Notes under the pieces: model-generated
What the model was told of the DNA's origin: nothing
Databases searched by the model: none
The model's input: only the letters and a program-made list of their open reading frames with translations
Part shown: positions 1-10,700 of the stretch, piece by piece
Numbering within the stretch: position 1 is the first letter of the stretch
How the letters are laid out: the number at the start of each line of letters is the position of its first letter
DNA from: Candidatus Nanoarchaeia archaeon
GTDB taxonomy: Archaea; Nanobdellota; Nanobdellia; Woesearchaeales; JANQNC01
Reading direction: 5' to 3'
Assembly (NCBI GenBank): GCA_028279745.1
Contig: JANQNC010000001.1
Coordinates: 600,001 to 632,000 of the forward strand
Length of the DNA: 32,000 bases
Made by a program: the position numbers and the translations under genes

Positions 1-458
1 TTTCAGTGATCGGACGAGCAATAGGAACTGTGTTGATTCCAGTTGTATCTGAAATGTGGGCAAAAAAGAAATACAAAGAAGTCAATAGAGGAGTAAAACT
101 AATCAATTATTATCTATCATTACTACTTGCACCTTTAGTTATAATATTCTTCATATTCTCAAAACAGATAATCACAATACTCTTTGGTGAACAGTTTGCA
201 ATAGGACATATAGCTTTCAGAATACTCATAATAGGGGCGGCATTCCATTCACTGTTCTCAATTAATGGGAACTCAATAACCGCAAGAGGTAAGCCTCAAA
301 CCGTGACAAAAATAGTTTTATTTTTAGCAGTTGTTAATATAATAGTAAACTTACTGCTAATTCCAAAATACGGGATGGTGGGTGCAGCAATAGCAACCTC
401 TTTGAGTTATTTCTTGGGATTCTTACTGATAATAAGAAAATCAAGGTCACCTAAGTAA
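1..458 (+). CDS. 3' end of a Wzx/MOP-superfamily oligosaccharide or polysaccharide flippase (partial; starts upstream of the window)
   Basis: The frame is open from the window edge to the stop at 456-458. The product is all hydrophobic helices, and the C-terminal segment GMVGAAIATSLSYFLGFLL is typical of the polysaccharide-biosynthesis (Wzx/MurJ-like) C-terminal domain. It sits next to a glycosyltransferase operon. The GTG at position 6 in the ORF track is probably not the real start. Confidence 0.6.
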   Translation, partial: SVIGRAIGTVLIPVVSEMWAKKKYKEVNRGVKLINYYLSLLLAPLVIIFFIFSKQIITILFGEQFAIGHIAFRILIIGAAFHSLFSINGNSITARGKPQTVTKIVLFLAVVNIIVNLLLIPKYGMVGAAIATSLSYFLGFLLIIRKSRSPK

Positions 459-1514
459 AGGTAAGAACCTTTTTAGGAAAGTTTCTGGGCTGTGTTCTTT
501 AAGGACTTTTGTTTTAGCATTCTTGCCAAAAAAAATCAGTTTCTTGAAATTTATCTTTCCGCCAGATATGAATGACTCAATCGAGTTCGATAAAGACTCT
601 AGACTGTCTTTTTTGAATATAAACCCGTCTTTTCCGTGAGAGGTGTAACACTTAGTCCCATTATCAGAAGATAATATTACAGGAATCCCATAAGACATCG
701 CTTCTAGATTTGAATAAGAAGCAGGTTCGTTATTGCTTGGAACAATGTAAAGATCTGATTTTAGGAATAGTTTTTCCATATCTTTGTGAGCCACATTTTT
801 ATGGATCTTTATATCTATTTTTGCGGAGTTGATCTTCTTCATGACCGCATCATAATAAGCGTTTTTGTAAGAAAGAGCGCCTGCAATAGAGAGATTAAAC
901 TTTATCTTTGGGTATTTTTCTTGAAGCTGGTTTAATGCTTCAATCAGCAAGATATGATTTTTTCTCTTTTCGTTAAACTTCCCAATGCATAAAATGTTAA
1001 GTGTGCTGCTTGTTTTGAAACTTTTAGTTTTTGAGGATTCAATAGGGCAAGGTATGTAGTGAACATTCTTTAATTCCTTCTTTCCAGTTATGTAACCTTC
1101 TTTCACACTTGCATAGATCATTGTTCTTTTTGGGATAAGCAAGAATTTTACAATAGGGTAAGCTAGTTGATATAATGGGTTCTTAAGGTGCTTAATCTTC
1201 TGAACGTTAACAATGAACTTTAGGCCTTTTAATTTGCAAAAAAACATAGCTAGAAAAGTTGACGGCACATTTATCTCTTTGAGTACAACAAAATCGTAAT
1301 TCTTCTTGATATTCTTCCACAACTGGAAAATGTTTGGAAAAAATAGGCTGTTAATTATTCTTGATTTGATCTTTATAGACTTAAATTCAGCTGGAACCTT
1401 TCTTTGTCCTATAGATAGAAGAGTTACGTCTGCAACTTTGGACAATGATTTCAAAGTATGGTAAACATTAGGGTGGTAGTTCTGGATAAAAAGTATCTTC
1501 TTTTTGGAATTCAT
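447..1514 (-). CDS. GT4-family (GT-B fold) glycosyltransferase
   Basis: C-terminal donor-binding signature EPASYSNLEAMSYGIPVILSSDNG (E-x7-E type). Length is 355 aa. The ATG at 1514 overlaps the upstream TGA (ATGA). Confidence 0.75.
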   Translation of the reverse strand: MNSKKKILFIQNYHPNVYHTLKSLSKVADVTLLSIGQRKVPAEFKSIKIKSRIINSLFFPNIFQLWKNIKKNYDFVVLKEINVPSTFLAMFFCKLKGLKFIVNVQKIKHLKNPLYQLAYPIVKFLLIPKRTMIYASVKEGYITGKKELKNVHYIPCPIESSKTKSFKTSSTLNILCIGKFNEKRKNHILLIEALNQLQEKYPKIKFNLSIAGALSYKNAYYDAVMKKINSAKIDIKIHKNVAHKDMEKLFLKSDLYIVPSNNEPASYSNLEAMSYGIPVILSSDNGTKCYTSHGKDGFIFKKDSLESLSNSIESFISGGKINFKKLIFFGKNAKTKVLKEHSPETFLKRFLPLLR

Positions 1515-2128
1515 TTTTTCTTAAGTATGAAAAGCAGTTGAGGAGCATAAACTTTTCTAAAGAATGAAAAGAAACGTTCAACAAAGTACTGCCAGTTTGT
1601 TTTAGGATCAAAGTAGTAATATACTGAAAGAATTTTTAGGTCAAATCTCTCAGCCAACTGTTTTAAAGTGTAATAATCATAATAACAAGAATGGTTCTTA
1701 TTTGGTATAATTTTACCGAATAAAAGATTTCTTAAAACAGTTCTGATTCCAAAAGCGTTAGGTGTAGATAATGCAATCTTCCCATCTGTTTTTAGGTGTT
1801 TTTTGATGTTTTCAATAAAAAGGCCGGCATTTGAAACATGCTCAATGAGTTCACCTGCAACGATAACATCAAATTTCTTGTTTAGCTTAAAGGTTTCAGC
1901 GTTGCCTGCAACTATATTATAGCCTTTACTGCTTAGTTTCTTTACCTCTTCCTTAGCCATATCAACACCCGTGACTTCTTTTGCGACTGATTGGATCAAT
2001 TTATGCAACCAGAAAGGATTTTTTTCAGTAAGGGCTTTATGATCAACACAACCAATATCTAGAACTACCTTATTCCTGCAAAGAGCCATTATCTTTTCTT
2101 CTCTTCTTCTTATTATTGTTGGTTTCAC
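1511..2128 (-). CDS. Class I SAM-dependent methyltransferase (possible glycan-modifying enzyme, AglP-like role)
   Basis: Motif I-like VLDIGCVDH and post-motif DVIVAGELIEHV. The GTG start at 2128 overlaps the upstream TGA (GTGA). An internal ATG at 2089 is an alternative start. Confidence 0.7.
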   Translation of the reverse strand: MKPTIIRRREEKIMALCRNKVVLDIGCVDHKALTEKNPFWLHKLIQSVAKEVTGVDMAKEEVKKLSSKGYNIVAGNAETFKLNKKFDVIVAGELIEHVSNAGLFIENIKKHLKTDGKIALSTPNAFGIRTVLRNLLFGKIIPNKNHSCYYDYYTLKQLAERFDLKILSVYYYFDPKTNWQYFVERFFSFFRKVYAPQLLFILKKK

Positions 2129-3231
2129 TTTCTACAAATATCCACATATAACTTTTCAGTTTTTGAGACTGTGTGTTTTATATCAAAATATTCTTTAACT
2201 CGCTTATAAGCATTGTTGCCTAGTTTAGATGCAAGCTTCTTGTTTTTTATAAGTCTTATTATTGAATTAGCGGTTTTTTTAGGGGAACTTACTGGGACAA
2301 GCGATGCCTCCTTCCCGTTTCTTGCGACTTCAGCATTTTCAGGAATGTCGGTTGTAATTATTGCTTTTTTCATGGCCATCGCTTCAATCAGACTATTGGA
2401 TTGGCCTTCTGTAAGTGTTGCGCTTATCCAAATATCAGATATGGAAAGAAGATTGGGAATGTCGCCTCTATAACCTAGGAATCTTACGTTCTTAACATTC
2501 AACCTTTTAACCAAACTCTTTATCTTTTTTGTTTCATCTTCATAATCTGTGCCCCCACCAACTACGAGGAAGTTTAAGTCTGTCTCTTTTTGAGCGATCT
2601 TCACAGATTTGATCAATGTTGGATAATCTTTTTCTTTTCTTAAGTTTGCAACAGAGATTAGGGTAGGGATGTTTTTCAGATTAAGTGCTCGTTTAATGGT
2701 TGAAGCTTTCTTTGTTGGTTTTAACTTTCGTAAATTAACACCATTATAGATCAATTTTATCTTATTCTCCTTAATCCCATACCCCTTAACAAATCTCTTA
2801 AGATTTAGTGAGTTCACAGTATGAACATCTACCAGGTGCTGAGTGAACCCATCAACAAGCCTCTGGAAGGCATTAACTAACTTACCTCTGACTGATGAGA
2901 TTATTTTGCAATTCGTTCCTTTAGCGGCAAGTCTGCCCACAATATTAGCATGATACATGAAACAGTGCAGTATGTCTGGTTTTTTTGTTGTGATTAATCT
3001 TCTTAACTTCTTGATTGCTTTGAAGAACTCAAAAGGAGTTTTAACATTAAGGGTGTAGACAGATATGCCTTTATTTTTCAGATTTGATGCAATCTTGCCA
3101 CCTTTAATCATGCTACAGACAGAAACATCAAACTTTTTCTTGTCTATACTGTTAACTAATTTCTCAAGCATGCGTTCTGCTCCACCTACTTGGAGGTCGG
3201 TTATGAAATAAAGAATTTTTTTCTTTTTCAT
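2125..3231 (-). CDS. GT4-family glycosyltransferase
   Basis: N-terminal ILYFITDLQVGGAERML and C-terminal EGQSNSLIEAMAMKKAIITTD signatures of GT-B/GT4 enzymes. ATGA overlap at 3228-3231. Confidence 0.8.
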   Translation of the reverse strand: MKKKKILYFITDLQVGGAERMLEKLVNSIDKKKFDVSVCSMIKGGKIASNLKNKGISVYTLNVKTPFEFFKAIKKLRRLITTKKPDILHCFMYHANIVGRLAAKGTNCKIISSVRGKLVNAFQRLVDGFTQHLVDVHTVNSLNLKRFVKGYGIKENKIKLIYNGVNLRKLKPTKKASTIKRALNLKNIPTLISVANLRKEKDYPTLIKSVKIAQKETDLNFLVVGGGTDYEDETKKIKSLVKRLNVKNVRFLGYRGDIPNLLSISDIWISATLTEGQSNSLIEAMAMKKAIITTDIPENAEVARNGKEASLVPVSSPKKTANSIIRLIKNKKLASKLGNNAYKRVKEYFDIKHTVSKTEKLYVDICRK

Positions 3232-4343
3232 TTTAGTAAGCCCATAAATTTCTTAACACTTAGCTCCCAGTCAAAATCTTTCACACTTTTCTTTATGCAT
3301 GTTGATAAGGATTTTCTTAGTTTTTGATCTTTGAGTAAATTTATTATGTTTTTTCTTAGTGTTGAAGAGTTATTGGGAGTTATGAGGATCCCTTTTCCTT
3401 TGTCGCTTAATATTTCTCTTGTTCCACCCACATTAGTAGCAATTATGGGCTTGCCAACAGCTGCTGCTTCTAAAACAGATGTTGGAAGGCCTTCTGCGTA
3501 AGAAGGGTTGACAAATATATCTGTAATGTTTAACACGTTGATTATCTCTTTTTCTGTATTTTCACCCATGAAAAGAATTTCTTTTCTGTTTTTTGCAAGC
3601 TGTTTTAGTTTGGATTCATAAGGACCTTTTCCAACTATCAAGATTTTTATGTTATCTATATTTTCTGTTGCTTTTAGCAAGTCTTGGACACCTTTTGCAT
3701 GAATCAATCTTCCTATAAATGTTATTATCTTTGTATCTTTTGGGATCTTTAGCTTGGTTTTTAAGTTAGTCTTCACTTTCCTGAATTTTTTAGTGTCAAC
3801 ACCATTATGTATCAGTTTTATGCTCTTAGCACCCATCTTTTTAGAAAAATTACAGCACGCTTTGCTTATACCTACAACTTTCCAAGCGTTGCTTATCACT
3901 TTCTTTCCGAGAGTCATATCGTATAAAAATGAGAATAGCTCTACTAGCTTATTAGGATGGTTTACAAATGAATTCCCATGTTCTATATGGATGAGCTTCA
4001 AATTATGCTTTTTAGCAAACTTCAAACCCATATTAGAAGTGTAGAAAAACCTTGTTTGGGTGATGACGCAGTTGTATTTGTTGTTTTCTATCTCTTTCAT
4101 AAGTTTTTGGAACTGGTTGTTCTTTTTTGGAACTGCATAAGTGCCTTTCAGAATATACTTTGAAGGCAATCTGTAAATGTTTATGCCTTTGTACTTTTCT
4201 TTTGATTTCTTCTTTTCAGTGTTTAAGGTTACAACATCTATTTTTATCTTTTTTTTAGCAAGTCTTGTTGTTAATTCAATAAGGTACTTCTCTAGACCTC
4301 CCTGAAAAGGGTAAAAATGCGTAGAAAAAAACAAAAGTCTCAT
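3228..4343 (-). CDS. GT4-family glycosyltransferase
   Basis: EGLPTSVLEAAAVGKPIIATNVGGTREI (E-x7-E donor-binding motif). N-terminal FFSTHFYPFQGGLEKY. ATGA overlap at 4340-4343. Confidence 0.8.
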   Translation of the reverse strand: MRLLFFSTHFYPFQGGLEKYLIELTTRLAKKKIKIDVVTLNTEKKKSKEKYKGINIYRLPSKYILKGTYAVPKKNNQFQKLMKEIENNKYNCVITQTRFFYTSNMGLKFAKKHNLKLIHIEHGNSFVNHPNKLVELFSFLYDMTLGKKVISNAWKVVGISKACCNFSKKMGAKSIKLIHNGVDTKKFRKVKTNLKTKLKIPKDTKIITFIGRLIHAKGVQDLLKATENIDNIKILIVGKGPYESKLKQLAKNRKEILFMGENTEKEIINVLNITDIFVNPSYAEGLPTSVLEAAAVGKPIIATNVGGTREILSDKGKGILITPNNSSTLRKNIINLLKDQKLRKSLSTCIKKSVKDFDWELSVKKFMGLLK

Positions 4344-4663
4344 TTTTTCAGTGCAACTTTCCTGACAATCGTCTCTACTCGCTTCTCTGTCTTTCTCACA
4401 CTCTTATAAAGGTAGAATATTATTATCGTAAAGAACATAAATCCACCAATAACAAAAAAGTCAACTGTTCTTTGGATCTCAAGACTTTCCATAATGCCAT
4501 AAACCACTTTTGGGAAGATGGTTATGAACAAGAAAAAAAGCCAAACCAATATCCACAATGAAAAATCTTTAACATCGTAGTCTTTCTTTCTAAAACTTAG
4601 AAAAGTCAAATAGATCATAATCAACCCAAACAAAATACCTAATATCTGAACTCCTGGAATCAT
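4340..4663 (-). CDS. Small polytopic membrane protein associated with GT2 genes (DUF2304-like from memory)
   Basis: About 107 aa with three or four hydrophobic helices. I place the start at ATG 4663 because it forms an ATGA overlap with the upstream TGA (4660-4662), like the other junctions in this operon. The track used a TTG at 4681. Confidence 0.45.
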   Translation of the reverse strand: MIPGVQILGILFGLIMIYLTFLSFRKKDYDVKDFSLWILVWLFFLFITIFPKVVYGIMESLEIQRTVDFFVIGGFMFFTIIIFYLYKSVRKTEKRVETIVRKVALKK

Positions 4664-5313
4664 TTTACAAACCTCCACCAAATCATACTAAACACTATCT
4701 TTATACCATCAAAAATTGTTGTTCCTTTATACTTATCAGAATATATCGTTTTTATAAATATTTCTTTACATTTAAGCTTATTCTTGCCTGCCAAAGCAAT
4801 CATTTCAGACTCAACACTATAGCTGCTTGAAGTCCATCTAATCTTCTTATATGCATCAGCAGTCATAGCACGATATCCTGACTGAGTATCATGAATGTTA
4901 ATGTTAAATAAAATCTTGCTCATAAAACTGATAAACCAGTTTCCGAATTTGTAAACTATTGGCATGGTTCTTGTTCTTCTCCTGGATCCGAAGATGATAT
5001 CTCTCCCTTTAAGCACGTTCAAAAATCTTGGAATTTCGTGAGGGTCGTGCTGATTATCAGCATCTAGAAAAACTATGTTGTCTGCTTTATTCCTCACTGC
5101 AAATTCTGCACCAGTTTTCATCGCTGCACCTTTACCCAAGTTGATAATGTGCCTGATAACTTTAACCTTCTCTTCTTTAGCCACTTTGGAAGTGTTGTCT
5201 TGACTTCCATCATCCACCACAACGATGTCTTTTGAATATTTCTTAACTTTCTTAATTACCTTAGTGATGTTTTTTTCCTCATTATGGGCAGGAATTATTA
5301 CAAAAGTTTTCAT
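4660..5313 (-). CDS. GT2-family glycosyltransferase, dolichyl-phosphate hexose synthase-like (AglD/AglJ/DPM1-type)
   Basis: [23 protein letters not shown] and LDADNQHDP (DxD) motifs of GT-A/GT2 enzymes. Preferred start is ATG 5313 (MKTFVII) rather than the track's TTG at 5325. Confidence 0.75.
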   Translation of the reverse strand: MKTFVIIPAHNEEKNITKVIKKVKKYSKDIVVVDDGSQDNTSKVAKEEKVKVIRHIINLGKGAAMKTGAEFAVRNKADNIVFLDADNQHDPHEIPRFLNVLKGRDIIFGSRRRTRTMPIVYKFGNWFISFMSKILFNINIHDTQSGYRAMTADAYKKIRWTSSSYSVESEMIALAGKNKLKCKEIFIKTIYSDKYKGTTIFDGIKIVFSMIWWRFVK

Positions 5314-5314
5314 C

Positions 5315-6010
5315 TTAATCAACAAATCTGTACTTTACCAGATACCAAATAGCTAAAACACCATCTGTCCATCTGATCTTTTTACCTTCTTTAAAATCTC
5401 TGCACTTGTAATAAACAGGGACTTCTATGATCTTGTGATGTTTCTTTAGAAGTTTAGCCGTCACTTCGGGCTCAAAATCAAATCGTTTAGATCTTAGTTT
5501 TATGTTTTTGATTATTTCAGATTTGAAAACTTTATAACAAGTCTCCATATCAGTTATCTTACTGAAAAATAAAAGATTTGTTATGAAAGTAAGAAGCCTG
5601 TTGCCAAGATAATATGAGAAATACCTTGCACTGTGTTTTTTCATAAACCTGGAACCAAAAACAACATCAGTTTTTCCGTCAACAATAGGTTTCAGAAGTT
5701 TTGGGTATTCAAAAGGATCATATTCAAGATCTGCATCCTGGATAAGAACGATATCTCCTGTTGCTTCCTTAATTCCTCTTCGTAAAGCAGCACCTTTACC
5801 TTTGTTTTTTGGTTGAAGTATCAGTCTAGTGTAAAGTTTTCCCTTGTATGGCTTAAGAAGCTCCACAGTATTGTCTTGACTACCATCATCAACTATAACA
5901 ATCTCTTTTTTTAGTTTAAGTTTAGATAAGTCTACTTTGTTAACTGTTTTCAAGACTGTTAAAATGTGCTTCTCTTCATTATAGGTTGGAATTATTATGC
6001 TTAGTTTCAT
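5315..6010 (-). CDS. GT2-family glycosyltransferase, dolichyl-phosphate hexose synthase-like
   Basis: [24 protein letters not shown] and QDADLEYDP motifs. It is a paralog of the adjacent GT2. ATGA overlap at 6007-6010. Confidence 0.75.
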   Translation of the reverse strand: MKLSIIIPTYNEEKHILTVLKTVNKVDLSKLKLKKEIVIVDDGSQDNTVELLKPYKGKLYTRLILQPKNKGKGAALRRGIKEATGDIVLIQDADLEYDPFEYPKLLKPIVDGKTDVVFGSRFMKKHSARYFSYYLGNRLLTFITNLLFFSKITDMETCYKVFKSEIIKNIKLRSKRFDFEPEVTAKLLKKHHKIIEVPVYYKCRDFKEGKKIRWTDGVLAIWYLVKYRFVD

Positions 6011-7779
6011 TTTTCGTATACTGTATAATCTGTGAAGTCTCTCTTTATAAATCCATAGCTTGATAATGCTTCATCTATCTTTGCAGGCGTTTCTATCTCT
6101 CTACCTTTATTTGCTATGAAAACAAATACTTTAGCTTGAGAAGATATTTCAACCAATCCAGGCAGATCATTAGCCAAGAAAGGATTAAGATATGCTCCAG
6201 GAATAAACCTAGAGTAAGTTCTTACCTTCTTAGGTTCAGATTCCTCTTCAAGAATGAAAGTATTAAACATAAACGAATCGGGACTGTACTGGAACTGAGG
6301 TCTTGAAGGATCAAACTTGATGTAACTTACTGAATACCTGTTTTCCTCAAGTTTGGCTTTCTTGTATTGTTTTAGTTCTGCTGCTGTGTTAAAAATAGGC
6401 ATGCTATCTTTATTTTCACCTTTCATCTTTGCAATTAAAGATTTTGTCAGAGAGATTGCTGCAATCTGAGGTTTTTCGTGAATAAAGTCTCCGCTATCAT
6501 AACAACATTCTAGATTAACAAGGAAAATAGGGCCTGCGGCAGTTGAAACATATTCAAATGCATCCCTGTTAATGTCTCCTTTTGCATGTTTGATCACAGA
6601 GGTAAAACCTATGTTAAGCAATAGCAAAAATATTGTGATTAATATAAAAAATATCATAAACAAACTCTTCAGATTAATCTTTTTACCAAGCCAAGAAAAG
6701 AAAATGTGCATTCCTTTAACCGTAAATAGGGCAACAAAAGGTATAACATGCATTATGTATCTTAGCTGTCTGTTTGAAATCAAGAAAGTTGAAAGTATAA
6801 TTATGGTTAGGACAAGGAAAACCATCTCTTTATTTTCTGATATGAAACTGTCTTTCTTCTTGAAGAACAGTATGAAAGGAATCAAAGCGAATAGTGCCAG
6901 GAAGAATGTTTCAAAAGTTAGCTGTATTGGGAAGTGGAAAAGCCAAGCAAGACCAGAACCTCTCCCTTCAGATACCCCCTGCCAAAGAAGCTGCTTGTAA
7001 GTCTCGAACTTGATAAGACTAAACCAGACCCAAGGCAAAGTGATTATGAAAGTAATTACTAATTGAATTATGAACTCTTTTATCAGCTTAAATGGTTGGT
7101 GTTTCCTAATGAATAAGAATATTGCATATGCTAAAATGAATGCAGCTGCAAAAATAATTGATTGATACCTTATTAGGAAGGCCAGTGCTAAGAATATCCC
7201 TCCGATGAATATTGAAATGCTTCCCAGGCTTACTTTTTTGTTGTTTATGTTGATTGCAATCCTTTTTGAGCCTTTAATAAATGTGAAATAAAACCACCCC
7301 AAGAAGATGTAACTTACTGATGTATCAACCATAGAATCTCTGTTGAATAAGAAGATGTAAGGAATCAAACTGCATAGGATGACTGTGCAGTAAGCTAGAA
7401 GTTTATTGTTGAAAACTTTTTTTGATATAAGATAAAGGAATATTGAACCTATAACGAAAAAGAACATCGAAGGCAGTTTTGAAGCGTATTCATTGGGGCC
7501 TGCTATAAGGAAGAAAAAAGATTGTGCTATTGCGTGTAAAGGAGGATCATGTAATACATAAAAACCTATAGCTTGCTTTTCATTATATGCTTCCATAAAA
7601 GATTCAACACCCATAAAATTACCTTGGAGTATGTTTGAAAAATACTTATAGAAGAAAACACCTTGGTTTGCGTGTCTTGACTGATCATAACCAAGATTAG
7701 AACTTATATTAATATGAAAAAGACCCACAAAAATAACTAAAATAAAAAATAAAACTAAAAATTCTTTTTTAATCTTCAT
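6007..7779 (-). CDS. GT-C fold polytopic membrane glycosyltransferase (ArnT/PMT/AglS-like, Dol-P-sugar dependent) with a C-terminal soluble domain
   Basis: 590 aa. About a dozen hydrophobic helices are followed by a soluble domain of roughly 190 aa. It lies immediately downstream of aglB and upstream of two Dol-P-sugar-synthase-like GT2 genes. The start ATG shares one nt with the aglB stop (TAATG). Confidence 0.55.
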   Translation of the reverse strand: MKIKKEFLVLFFILVIFVGLFHINISSNLGYDQSRHANQGVFFYKYFSNILQGNFMGVESFMEAYNEKQAIGFYVLHDPPLHAIAQSFFFLIAGPNEYASKLPSMFFFVIGSIFLYLISKKVFNNKLLAYCTVILCSLIPYIFLFNRDSMVDTSVSYIFLGWFYFTFIKGSKRIAININNKKVSLGSISIFIGGIFLALAFLIRYQSIIFAAAFILAYAIFLFIRKHQPFKLIKEFIIQLVITFIITLPWVWFSLIKFETYKQLLWQGVSEGRGSGLAWLFHFPIQLTFETFFLALFALIPFILFFKKKDSFISENKEMVFLVLTIIILSTFLISNRQLRYIMHVIPFVALFTVKGMHIFFSWLGKKINLKSLFMIFFILITIFLLLLNIGFTSVIKHAKGDINRDAFEYVSTAAGPIFLVNLECCYDSGDFIHEKPQIAAISLTKSLIAKMKGENKDSMPIFNTAAELKQYKKAKLEENRYSVSYIKFDPSRPQFQYSPDSFMFNTFILEEESEPKKVRTYSRFIPGAYLNPFLANDLPGLVEISSQAKVFVFIANKGREIETPAKIDEALSSYGFIKRDFTDYTVYEK

Positions 7780-10700
7780 TACCTTTTACCCTCGACCAAA
7801 ATCAGGTGATATCCGAATTGAGTCTTGACTGGCTGTGAAATTTCTCCCACCTCTAAGTTAAATGCTGCCTGTTCAAAAGGAGCAACCATCATACCTTTAC
7901 CGAACCAACCAAGGTCTCCTCCTCTCACTGATGAAGGCCCTTCAGAATATTCTGTTGCAAGTTCTGCAAAATTCTCTTCAGTTGCATTTTCTCTTATCTC
8001 GTTGATAAGGCTTAATGCTTCCTCTTCAGTTCGGTTGTCTAAGTTGATAAGTATGTGTCTTGCTTTTATCTCATTCTTTAACACTTCGTTATATGCTGTG
8101 CCGTCCCACTTAACCTTGTAGATGTAGATTCCTCGTGCTTTATGGAACAGTTGGAAATATTTAGAGAATCTGCCTTCAAAGAAGTAAAGGTGTGTGAAAA
8201 CTGACTCAGTCAGAGCAGGATCAGACACAAGAACTCTTTCGTTTTCCATATCGAATAGAACATCATAAGGAATTCCTGAATCGTTGTACTCTTCTTTAAG
8301 AATTCCTTCTTCAAAGAACATCGTTCCATTCTCCGCAGACACGCCATTAAACCCTATTTTAGCAAAACCTGCAGGTCTTAAAGAAGAACCGCCAACTACT
8401 GCGCCAGTATCTGAGTTTTGAGTAACTAGGTTGAATGTAGCAGACTCATTGATTATAGAGACTGAGTCAAGAACCAAATTATTAACTCCTTGTCTTCCAA
8501 GGCCAATAGATAATCTGCAATCGTAACCTTCTTGGGTCTGTGAACAACTTTTCCATCCCCCACTTATGTAAGAAGGCCAAGGACTTATCCACTGATCTGC
8601 ATTAGTATTTTTTATGTCAAAGTAAACTTTATTTGCGGTATTCTCATCTAACCCATATCTGTCTTTCAAAAGCTGTATGCCTTCACCAACTTTTAATTTT
8701 CTTACTTGGTTGTGCATCTCTGCTTTTGTGAAATTCCATGAACCAAAGTGCGCCCAAACACCTGACTTACCAATCATATCGCTTGAAACAATATAGTAAT
8801 TTTCCCAAGGCTCGCAATGTGTACTTTCGATTATAGATGAGGTTTGTTGTGATGTGAAACCTTCATCAGATAACAGCTGTGCTGCTTCATCTTCATCTAG
8901 AAGAATCAGTTGGTTAAGTATTTCTATAGATTTTACAGTATCGTTAGCTGTGAAGCTTTCTAGTTTTACTGAAGCATTATTTTGGTCACAGTTAAGCATC
9001 CTAAGTATTGCTGCAGATTCTTCTTCTGAATTAGTCAGTAATGATTTACCAACCCAATGAATCCTTTTTCCTTGGTCACCACCATCGAAAGTTACTGGTC
9101 GTTCAGCAATTGCTTTAAACCAATGACCAAAGTCCCACCAGCTTGTTATAATTGCATTGTCAACAGTTGAATCTTCCTTGATCGTTATTAAAGAACTGTA
9201 CCAACCATCATTCATACTTGGTGTTTCTGAAACTGCAACTTGATATCCTCTAACTGTAGGGAATAACACAATGAAGAAAATTATTATTACAATCAAAGAG
9301 GTCATAACCCACGAAGGCATGTCAAGTTCTTTTTTGGTCCATCTTCTAAGCGGTTCGTATATTGTTCCAATAAGAACGCCTATAGCTAAAGCGAACCCAG
9401 GAACTAAAATTGCACTAAACCTTATACTTTTGATAGCAGCATAAGTTCCTGAAACAAACCAGACTGCAAGTAAAATTGCACTAACCATGTAAAAACTCCA
9501 AAGTTTGTCTTTCTTTACAAGTTTTAGGATTGCAACAGTGAACAAAGCTACAACTCCCCCAATAGCTACAAAGAATAATAAGCCTCCCATAGAGTTCATA
9601 ACACCTGATATGCTTGAAGGATTAAGCTCTGCAACTGTCGTTAAAACGTTAGGCCATAAATTAACTTCAGCAACTGCCTTAAGATTTATGAACCATAAAG
9701 GTTTTCCTAATGCGCCAACAACACTTGTGAACCCTTCAGAGAATTTTCTTCCAGATACTAAGAAGATAAGTGAACTGAATATTGCAGTACTTAGGAATAT
9801 TGTGATCAGTCCTGATAAAGGTGTTGTTATTGAAGATAGTGATTTCTTAATGTGTTTTCTGTTCTTGATCAGTTGGATAACTAACATGGCTCCTGCAGCA
9901 GTCAGTAGGAAAACAAAGTTATACCACCAACCACTCCATAAAGAGTTGTGTAAAGCTATAATAAATCCTGAACCTGCAAACAGAGCTATCTTTTTCTTAA
10001 GATCTTTTGAAGTGTAAGCTTCTAAGAACAGCCAGATTGCCGTTACAGGAAGCAAGAAGTGATAAGCGTCAGTGTCTGCAAAACCTGCTGTAGTTCTAGT
10101 CATCAATGCAGGATGGACTGCTGCCAAAGTTGCTGAAATGAACCCTCCAACATTGCCTGCAATCTTTCTTCCCAAAAAGAAAAGAGGGATAACCCCTAAA
10201 GTACAGATCAATAACGGAGATAGGAATGCTGCCTGCATAACGGTGTAGTCTTTGTTGAATATACTCATTATTCGATATATCCAAGATTCAAATAGAGGGT
10301 GGAAGTTACCTTCTTGTTCAACCTGCCATCTTCCTTTTTTTAGGATGTCATAACTTTTTCCGTCAATCTCTATCTCTCCAATGTGGCCATTGTTAACATA
10401 GTTTAAAGCGTGTTTGTACCAAAGATAGGGATCTATAGCTAAAAGATATGTGTTGCCATTTTCATCCTGATAGAAAGACCTTAAACTATTGGCTTGGTCT
10501 TTGATGGCTTGCTCTATAGCATCACCTTGTTCAGCCTTAACCTGCTCAAATTTTTTCAAAGCTTCAGCTCGTTTTTCTGCAGCAGGAAGGAAAGGGTATT
10601 GAGATTCAATCTCAGATTCATAGCTAGATATCAAATTATTATAAAGCTGATCTCTTACTCTATCTTCAAAACCAGACAGGTAAATTGGTTGAGCTCTTAG